From Candidatus Hadarchaeota archaeon (GTDB lineage: Archaea > Hadarchaeota > Hadarchaeia > Hadarchaeales > JAWBSP01): DNA of 64,000 nt. Both the position numbers and the translations under genes were made by a program. The stretch is taken from contig CAYYWO010000002.1 of NCBI GenBank assembly GCA_964474885.1, positions 96,870 to 160,869 of the forward strand, given 5' to 3'. The notes beneath the pieces were generated by a model. It worked only from the letters and a program-made list of their open reading frames with translations, was not told the origin of the DNA and searched no databases. The first letter of the stretch is position 1, and each line of letters begins with the position of its first letter. Below, one piece after another: positions 57,315 through 64,000 of this stretch.

Positions 57315-59790
57315 CTTTCAATCCTCATTTTCCGAGGCCCAATACTGAAATCCTGCCGTACTTGGAGCGCCTCGCCCGCAAGCTGGACTTTCGATCCTCA
57401 TTTTCCGAGGCCCAGTACTGAAACCCTGCGTGAGAAGAATGACCGACCTCGCTGAAGTCGTCTTTCAATCCTCATTTTCCGAGGCCCATTACTGAAAGCT
57501 AGGTGGGTGGTCCAGTGGTGTCGCCGTTGCGGACACTTCCTCATCTTTCAATCCTCATTTTCCGAGGCCCATTACTGAAACGAAGATATCCAATATTCCT
57601 TGGCACCGCCGCGTGGCGGAGAATTTCTTTCAATCCTCATTTTCCGAGGCCCATTACTGAAACCCGCCGAGATGCGCAGGCTCAGGCAGCTGGGGGTTCC
57701 CCCTTTCAATCCTCATTTTCCGAGGCCCATTACTGAAACATATTAGCCTACTTCCAGCGTGCAAGAAAGTGGGACTTTCAATCCTCATTTTCCGAGGCCC
57801 AGTACTGAAACGAAAGGCACGAATGGCACCAACGCAAAGCGGTTTTTCCTTTCAATCCTCATTTTCCGAGGCCAGTACTGAAACCGTAAGAACACAAGAC
57901 ACTCCCATCCCCAAGCACGACTTTCAATCCTCATTTTCCGAGGCCCAGTACTGAAACATCCGCCTGCCCTCAGGGCGCAGCTACGGCGGGATAAACTTTC
58001 AATCCTCATTTTCCGAGGCCCAGTACTGAAACTGAGAAGGTGGACGGTTCTCGGTCTGCGCCTCGTTCCTTTCAATCCTCATTTTCCGAGGCCCAGTACT
58101 GAAACGGAAAAGAAAAGGATAATCCAGATGCGTCAAGAAGGAACTTTCAATCCTCACTTTCCGAGGCTCAGTACTGAAACCTACTGAGGACATGAGACTT
58201 CAAATCTACTTCTATCCCTTTCAATCCTCACTTTCCGAGGCTCAGTACTGAAACCAGTATGCCGGAATTGACCCAAATAAAGAGCTGCCCTTTCAATCCT
58301 CACTTTCCGAGGCTCAGTACTGAAACTGCAGGGAGACATGACGGCAGCCTCCGCCGTGGACTTTCAATCCTCACTTTCCGAGGCTCAGTACTGAAACCCA
58401 AGCTCGAAAGTGAGATAGCTAGAAGTGATGCTTTCTTTCAATCCTCACTTTCCGAGGCTCAGTACTGAAACCTCAGCACGGGGACTATCCAGGAGATTCC
58501 CATGTAAGCTTTCAATCCTCACTTTCCGAGGCTCAGTACTGAAACGGTGTCTGGAGATCCAAGTGGTTCACGGATTTGGGCTTTCAATCCTCACTTTCCG
58601 AGGCTCAGTACTGAAACTCACGTTTAACAAAGTCCACCGTGAAATTCTTGCTGTCTTTCAATCCTCACTTTCCGAGGCTCAGTACTGAAACGCTAAAACA
58701 AATCGAGAGCGAGGTGTCCAAGCTCTCCTTTCAATCCTCACTTTCCGAGGCTCAGTACTGAAACGCAGGCCTGGGAGGACGGAATCCGTGCCTGGTGGGA
58801 GCTTTCAATCCTCACTTTCCGAGGCTCAGTACTGAAACCAGTATGCCGGAATTGACCCAAATAAAGAGCTGCCCTTTCAATCCTCACTTTCCGAGGCTCA
58901 GTACTGAAACTGCAGGGAGACATGACGGCAGCCTCCGCCGTGGACTTTCAATCCTCACTTTCCGAGGCTCAGTACTGAAACCCAAGCTCGAAAGTGAGAT
59001 AGCTAGAAGTGATGCTTTCTTTCAATCCTCACTTTCCGAGGCTCAGTACTGAAACAGGCCACAGCCGAGATGATCAGGCGGGGCAGGTTGACTTTCAATC
59101 CTCACTTTCCGAGGCTCAGTACTGAAACTTGATAATGCCGTAAGATGCATTAAACAACTACAATCTTTCAATCCTCACTTTCCGAGGCTCAGTACTGAAA
59201 CGCCGAGTGCGAGATAACTCACTTTCCCCGTGTGTTCCTTTCAATCCTCACTTTCCGAGGCTCAGTACTGAAACTGGCGGAAATCACGAAAGGGCTAGGG
59301 CGGTTGACTCTTTCAATCCTCACTTTCCGAGGCTCAGTACTGAAACCTTTCTTCCTCATACTTTCACTTCCTTCCAACCCACTTTCAATCCTCACTTTCC
59401 GAGGCTCAGTACTGAAACCAGTCGAGCACGAAATACCGCCTTTAGGCGTCAAACTTTCAATCCTCACTTTCCGAGGCTCAGTACTGAAACAATCCAGGCT
59501 AACTTGCACGCTATGTTTCACCCGCCTTTCAATCCTCACTTTCCGAGGCTCAGTACTGAAACGTTTAGTTCCACTGTAGATGTGAGATATATAAGGTCTT
59601 TCAATCCTCACTTTCCGAGGCTCAGTACTGAAACGGGGTAAGGGAGAAGGGAATAAGCCCCGAAATAAAAAGCTTTCAATCCTCACTTTCCGAGGCTCAG
59701 TACTGAAACGGTGAAACGGTTGATGAGTTCCTGCCGATACTTCGGGTCGGGGACTTTCAATCCTCACTTTCCGAGGCTCAGTACTGAAAC
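57315..59790 (-). CRISPR. CRISPR array: 34 repeats (37 bp), 33 spacers (34-46 bp)
   Basis: Minus-strand repeat GTTTCAGTACTGAGCCTCGGAAAGTGAGGATTGAAAG (23 copies) and variant GTTTCAGTACTGGGCCTCGGAAAATGAGGATTGAAAG (11 trailer copies, some mutated); the ATTGAAAG 3' handle and trailer degeneracy give the orientation. Confidence 0.99.
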
Positions 59791-59883
59791 CCGCCCCGAA
59801 TCCGATTCCTCGCCGCCCGAGCTTAAAGCCCAGGCTCCCCGGTTTGCGGACTTCGATTTTTGCAACGGGCTTTTTAAAGAAGT
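59791..59883 (-). promoter_or_regulatory. CRISPR leader
   Basis: Non-coding gap between the cas4 stop and the undegenerate end of the array; TATA-like tttaaaaa and ctttaag on the minus strand. Confidence 0.7.
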
Positions 59884-60483
59884 TCACAGGCGCCTGCAGA
59901 ACTTCCGGACCTCGCAGTAGCCGCACTTCTCGCGGCTCACCCTGGGAGGGATGGCATCCGAGTCTATCAGGCGCCTCATCCTCTCCAGGTCCCGCCTGAG
60001 GGAGAGCTTGTCCTCGTGGGATATGCTGATCCGGAGCACCCGCTTGGACGGGAGCAGGTAGATCAGGGCTCTCCTCACCCTCACCCCGAACTCCCTCTCC
60101 AGCAGGACGGCGTAGGCCACCATCTGCTTCCTCCAGGCCAGGGAGACGGAGGGGTGATCGGAGTACTTCACGTCCACGGGCACCAGCTCCCCCGTCCGCA
60201 GCCTCAGGACCGTATCCGCCCGCCCGTGGAGCCCCAGCTCCCCGTCCTCCAGCGGGATGTCCCTCAGGATCTCCTGTACCTCCTCCCTAGGGAAGCCGTA
60301 CAAGGTGCCCCTCCTCCCGCTCCTCACCAGCTCGCGCTCGTGCTCCCCCGCACCCGCCTGCATCTTCTTCCTCTCCGGGGGGTAGAGGCCGAGCTTCCTG
60401 ATGAAGTAGAGCTTGCGAGGGCAGTAGAAGTACTGATAGACCTCCCAGACGCTCAGCTCACCACCTGAGCCAGAACCCTTCAT
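59884..60483 (-). CDS. cas4: Cas4 nuclease
   Basis: YFYCPRK, G.AD, PVDVK, Q..AY, C-terminal C..C.....C. Confidence 0.93.
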   Translation of the reverse strand: MKGSGSGGELSVWEVYQYFYCPRKLYFIRKLGLYPPERKKMQAGAGEHERELVRSGRRGTLYGFPREEVQEILRDIPLEDGELGLHGRADTVLRLRTGELVPVDVKYSDHPSVSLAWRKQMVAYAVLLEREFGVRVRRALIYLLPSKRVLRISISHEDKLSLRRDLERMRRLIDSDAIPPRVSREKCGYCEVRKFCRRL

Positions 60484-61480
60484 ACCTGGGTACCTCCCCC
60501 CTGAGAAACTTCGCGAGCTGCCTGGCCTGGTAGAGGATGAGCTCCCCCCAGGTCAGCTTCATGGCCCCTATCCGCACCTCCGACTCCAGCTTCTGGAGCA
60601 GCTCCCGGAGGAAGAGCCTCCTCAGCCCGTCCCCCATCTGGCATACCCCGTCCACCAGCTCGAAGTCCTGAGGGGTGGCCATGCGCTTGGTGACGAACTT
60701 TATCACCTGCTTGTCCACCACCTGGGCCCTGAACTCCTCCATGAGGTCCAGAGCCATGCTCGGCTTCCCGGGCCTGTCCGCGTGCAGGAAGCCCCCGTAG
60801 GGGTCCAGCCCCGCGTAGTGCGTAGCCCTCAGCGCCTCCCCGAGCAGGATCCCGTAGCCGTAGTTGAGCATGGCGTTCACGGGGTCCCTCGCGTACCTCC
60901 CGCTTCGCCCCCTGAACTCCCACTCCGCCCCGAAGACCTCACCCAGGGCCTGCCAGTACAGGGCAGCCGCCCTCCCCTCCAGGTTCATCAGCATCTCCCT
61001 CCTGGACTCCACGGAATCCCCCTCCACCCCATCCACCTGCCCTGCGACCCGCCTCACCTCCTCCGCCGCGCGGTAGATCAGGGAGGCGAGCTGGGGGTCC
61101 GTGTCCCTCCGCTTCTTGGCTAGGGTCCCGAGCACCGAGGCCTGGTTCCTTATCTTGGCCTTGACGATCGCCTTGGCTATCTCCAAGCCCCTCCGGTCCA
61201 GGTAAGCCTGGTACTGCTGGCGCCTAGTGCTCACCGTCCGCATCTCCGGAGGGGAGAGCCTGGCCTTCACCTCCCCCCTGAAGTCCACCAGGAGCACGTC
61301 CACCCCGTGCCTGGCCAGGAGCTCCAGGGCATCCGTGCTCACGCACCCCTTCCCTGAGATGATGACCTGCTCGAGCTCCCTGGGCTGGAGCCTCTGGATG
61401 GTCCTCCCCTCCTCCTTCACCACGATCGTCTCCCCCTTCCTCCCCAGGAACTTCCCGAACCCGTCCACTACAAGCCTCAT
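60458..61480 (-). CDS. cas1: Cas1 integrase
   Basis: KI.NQ, EG.AA..YW, DPVNAMLNYGY..L, GLDPY.GFLH, DLMEEFR. Confidence 0.97.
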   Translation of the reverse strand: MRLVVDGFGKFLGRKGETIVVKEEGRTIQRLQPRELEQVIISGKGCVSTDALELLARHGVDVLLVDFRGEVKARLSPPEMRTVSTRRQQYQAYLDRRGLEIAKAIVKAKIRNQASVLGTLAKKRRDTDPQLASLIYRAAEEVRRVAGQVDGVEGDSVESRREMLMNLEGRAAALYWQALGEVFGAEWEFRGRSGRYARDPVNAMLNYGYGILLGEALRATHYAGLDPYGGFLHADRPGKPSMALDLMEEFRAQVVDKQVIKFVTKRMATPQDFELVDGVCQMGDGLRRLFLRELLQKLESEVRIGAMKLTWGELILYQARQLAKFLRGEVPRYEGFWLRW

Positions 61481-62406
61481 CCGCACACCTCCTCGAACAT
61501 GCAGCCGGGAGGGCACTCCCTGGGCTTCCCCGGGTCCCTGCGCTGGGCCACTATCTCCAGCTTCCTGTCCCTCTCCTCCACCCACCAGTTGCGCAGGTCG
61601 TCGTTTATGAAGAAGATGTCCTTGCTCACGCTCACCCTCCCGTTCCTGAACCCTATGTGGATGGAGCAGCCCACGTCCACGGGCACCTCGTAAAGGCTCT
61701 CGAAGACCAGGGCGTAGCCCGTCGGATAAAGGCGGTAGAAGTCCCTAGGCTGCCCCCCTACCTTCACGTCGAAGATGATGTGGTGCAGGTAGTCGTAGCA
61801 GTCCACGCTCAGGGTTCCGCTCAGGCCCAAGAGGCTCCCGTCCAGCTTGTGTTCGACCAGGAAGGGGAGGGCTACGGCAAGCAGGTGGGGTTCCTCAGCG
61901 TAGGGGTGGGCTGCCCTGGTCTCCAGGTAGGCTGCCCTGGCCTGGCTCAGGCAGAGATCCCAGAGGGGCCTGAGGCAGGACTCCATGGTCCGGGCGTTCT
62001 CCCGCACCAGCTGGGCCTCCTCCCCCTGGTTCCTCCGCCGCAGCTCGTTCTGCCACCAATCCTCGAAGCTGAGCTCGAACTCCCCCCTCCTCGCGGCACT
62101 GAAGAGGTGCTCCAGCATGTTGTGAGCTATGGCCCCGAGCATCACCTCGTAGGTCCTCCTCCCGGGCTTCTTCTCCACGTACATCAGGTAAACGTCCCTA
62201 GAGGTGGGGCAGAACTTCCCGCAGACCGAGAACATGGAGATCCGCTCGGGGTAGTAGGGCTTGAGGGGCTCCTTCCACCAGTTCCATCCCCTCAGCTCCT
62301 GGCTCACCCCCACCTCCCTCGCCAGGGGCAGGATGCGGTTCAGGAGGTACTTCTGCTCCTGGGCGGTCAGGAAGAAGACCACCGCATCACCCTCAACATA
62401 CTTCAC
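61477..62406 (-). CDS. csa1: Csa1 (Cas4-like, typical of type I-A adaptation modules)
   Basis: ELRGWNW..PL.P, KFCPT.RDVYL, E..LDGSLLGLS, GYALV.ES, RD...EIV....DPG....C...C.F...C. Confidence 0.9.
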   Translation of the reverse strand: MKYVEGDAVVFFLTAQEQKYLLNRILPLAREVGVSQELRGWNWWKEPLKPYYPERISMFSVCGKFCPTSRDVYLMYVEKKPGRRTYEVMLGAIAHNMLEHLFSAARRGEFELSFEDWWQNELRRRNQGEEAQLVRENARTMESCLRPLWDLCLSQARAAYLETRAAHPYAEEPHLLAVALPFLVEHKLDGSLLGLSGTLSVDCYDYLHHIIFDVKVGGQPRDFYRLYPTGYALVFESLYEVPVDVGCSIHIGFRNGRVSVSKDIFFINDDLRNWWVEERDRKLEIVAQRRDPGKPRECPPGCMFEEVCG

Positions 62407-62469
62407 CCGGCTCTGTAAATCTTCCAGCCACTCCCCGGGCGCGGCCGGGCGCCTCCCAGGAGCTCCTGC

Positions 62470-62757
62470 TCACGTGAGCTTTACCTTCTCCTCCTCGACC
62501 AGCGGGGGTGCGGGCCTCTCCGAGACTATCCTGCACAGCCTGGCGCAGCGTTCGCAGAGGGGGATGACGTATATGCTGTCCCTCTCCCCCTCGATGTAGT
62601 TCCGCAGCTCCTTTACGAGCACCTCCCTGTCGTGGGCGTTCAGCTCCCCCTTAAAGGCGCTGTACTGGATGCGCTGCAGGCCGTAGTCGAAGAGGCGGTT
62701 GGCCAGCTTCAGCCGGGTGCTGTCCGAGCTTATGTCGTAGATGACCAGGGTCAGCAT
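62470..62757 (-). CDS. cas2: Cas2
   Basis: LVIYDIS, YGL.RIQYSAF.G, DSIYVIPLC..C. Confidence 0.95.
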   Translation of the reverse strand: MLTLVIYDISSDSTRLKLANRLFDYGLQRIQYSAFKGELNAHDREVLVKELRNYIEGERDSIYVIPLCERCARLCRIVSERPAPPLVEEEKVKLT

Positions 62758-62822
62758 CAGACTTACCCGCTGCCAGGTTTTACCCGAGATCCCCGCCGGG
62801 AATATTCATAGGGGCGGAGGAT

Positions 62823-63722
62823 ATGATGCTCAAACTCTCCTCCGTGGTCCTGCGCCTGGACTTCCGCTCCCAGGTTAGGCTCCCCCGCTGGCTAGGCTCG
62901 GCCTTCAGGGGAGGCCTGGGCCAGCACCTGAGGCGGCTGGTCTGCTACCACCCCCTGCGAGAGTGCGAGGGCTGCGAGCACGCCTCCGAGTGCCTCTTCT
63001 ACGCGGTGTACCAGAACCCCTCGGCCAGGAGGGGGCACGCCCCTCCTCCCAGGCCCATCATCCTCGTCCCTCCCTTCTTCGGGAAGGAGATGAGGATAGA
63101 GAGCGGGGCATGGCTGGAGCTCAGGCTGCTCATGTTCGGGGAGTACGTGCGTTACTTCCCCCACGTCATCCTGGCCCTCCAGCAGCTTGGGAGCCAAGGA
63201 CTGGGGGATGCCAGGTACCTGGGGCAGAACAGGTTCGAGGTGACGAGCGGCAGGTGCGAGTTCTCGGGGGAGACCGTCTACGACGGGGGGACGATCTACC
63301 CCAGGAACCTGAGGGTGGTGGACGTGCGGGAGCTCCCTCCTGTCGAGCACGCACGCCTGAGGGTCGGCTTCCGCACGCCCATTCAGCTCCCCAGGGGCTT
63401 CCCCCCTCCCCCCGAGCACCTGCTCAAGCTGATAAGGCAGAGGCTGATCCTGCTCGTCAACCAGTACGGCGACGGGGGCAGGGTTCCGGAGCCTGTGATC
63501 AGGGGGAAAGTGAGCACGGTCGCCAGGCACTACCACCGCCTGCCGGGCTGCTCCTCTCGCTCGGGCAGGAGGGAGTTCTGGCACTGCTGGACGGGAATAG
63601 CGAACTATGAGCTCGAGGAGATAGACGAGACCGGGAGGTGGCTGCTGGGGGTGGGGAAGGTGCTGGGCGCGGGAGCGAAGTCCTCCTTCGGCCTGGGGTT
63701 CATGGACATCAGCCCCAGGTAG
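62823..63722 (+). CDS. cas6: Cas6 crRNA-processing endoribonuclease
   Basis: GSAFRG.LG, C......C..C.....C.FY, F.TP, G-loop GAGAKSSFGLG. Confidence 0.9.
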   Translation: MMLKLSSVVLRLDFRSQVRLPRWLGSAFRGGLGQHLRRLVCYHPLRECEGCEHASECLFYAVYQNPSARRGHAPPPRPIILVPPFFGKEMRIESGAWLELRLLMFGEYVRYFPHVILALQQLGSQGLGDARYLGQNRFEVTSGRCEFSGETVYDGGTIYPRNLRVVDVRELPPVEHARLRVGFRTPIQLPRGFPPPPEHLLKLIRQRLILLVNQYGDGGRVPEPVIRGKVSTVARHYHRLPGCSSRSGRREFWHCWTGIANYELEEIDETGRWLLGVGKVLGAGAKSSFGLGFMDISPR

Positions 63723-63875
63723 CTTCGGGAAGTTTATAACCGATAAACAGTTCAGCCGAAGTGGGTAGCCGGCGGAGCCCCACTCTCCTGCATCAAAGGC
63801 CTTTTTTACCGTGAGTGGGTTTTTGCGAAATCAGACGGCAGCGAGGCCGCTTTTCGGTCTTCTGGGAAAGAAGGG

Positions 63876-63998
63876 TTACTCCTCAAAAGTATAGTCAAAT
63901 CCGAGGATGTATGGACAAAGCAAGCGGTATTTCCTTATCTTTCCATCTCTCGTTTTGTAATAACCGGCTATTCGGATGTTGTACTTGCCTATGGTTCC
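63876..63998 (-). CDS. 3' end of an unknown gene starting beyond the window
   Basis: Open frame GTIGKYNIRIAGYYKTRDGKIRKYRLLCPYILGFDYTFEE* running off the window edge. Confidence 0.4.
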   Translation of the reverse strand, partial: GTIGKYNIRIAGYYKTRDGKIRKYRLLCPYILGFDYTFEE

Positions 63999-64000
63999 GT

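Noticed and set aside
57667-57680. Spacer 5 shares ccgagatgcgcagg with the SBDS gene
   Set aside because: 14 of 39 bp in GC-rich coding-like sequence; compatible with chance
58258-58269. Spacer 13/21 shares tatgccggaatt with the palindrome at 37882-37893 (possible self-targeting)
   Set aside because: 12-bp match only and the flanks disagree; too short for targeting
58398-58434. Spacer 15 contains ctcgaaagtgagat, resembling the inverted repeat core
   Set aside because: Needs gaps to align and reads as normal coding sequence; probably coincidental
57503-59926. ORFs across the CRISPR array (for example 59219-59926, 235 aa)
   Set aside because: Artefacts of translating repeats (FSTEPRKVRIE repeated)

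Overview
Archaeal chromosomal segment. The histone, aIF5A, exosome/proteasome superoperon, tRNA-Ile2 and GC-rich coding suggest a Hadarchaeota/Euryarchaeota-like organism (inference). 0-36 kb is mostly housekeeping: partial UDG, aroA, panB, a complete trpEGDCFBA operon, histone, aIF5A, Nob1, PiT/DUF47, glyS, the rpl15e-...-psmA-sbds-rrp4/41/42-rpl37ae-rpoP-pcc1-pfdB superoperon interrupted by a lone tnpB, hom, ligase, RecJ/GAN, mtnA, cofE and two MNT-HEPN toxin-antitoxin pairs. 36.2-45.9 kb is an accessory, partly decayed region ending at tRNA-Ile2. It holds an AlbA_2 protein with a palindromic operator, a frameshifted ABC transporter, a VapBC relic, an ATPase-nuclease, a voltage-sensor-only pseudogene, a metalloprotease and a glycoside hydrolase. 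48-63.7 kb is a type III-B CRISPR-Cas locus: cmr4-5-1-6-cas10-cmr3 flanked by two ring-nuclease-type CARF genes, a 34-repeat array with two repeat variants, a I-A-style adaptation module (cas2-csa1-cas1-cas4) and cas6. The most notable observations are a TnpB whose RuvC-III Asp is replaced by His inside a perfect palindrome, a tandem-duplicated Rpo12, a tailed histone with a shortened alpha2 helix, an unannotated 42-aa 8-Cys microprotein, a pore-less voltage sensor with 14 i+3 basic residues, and a III-B system with no cOA effector in the window. All calls come from motif recognition; no searches were run.
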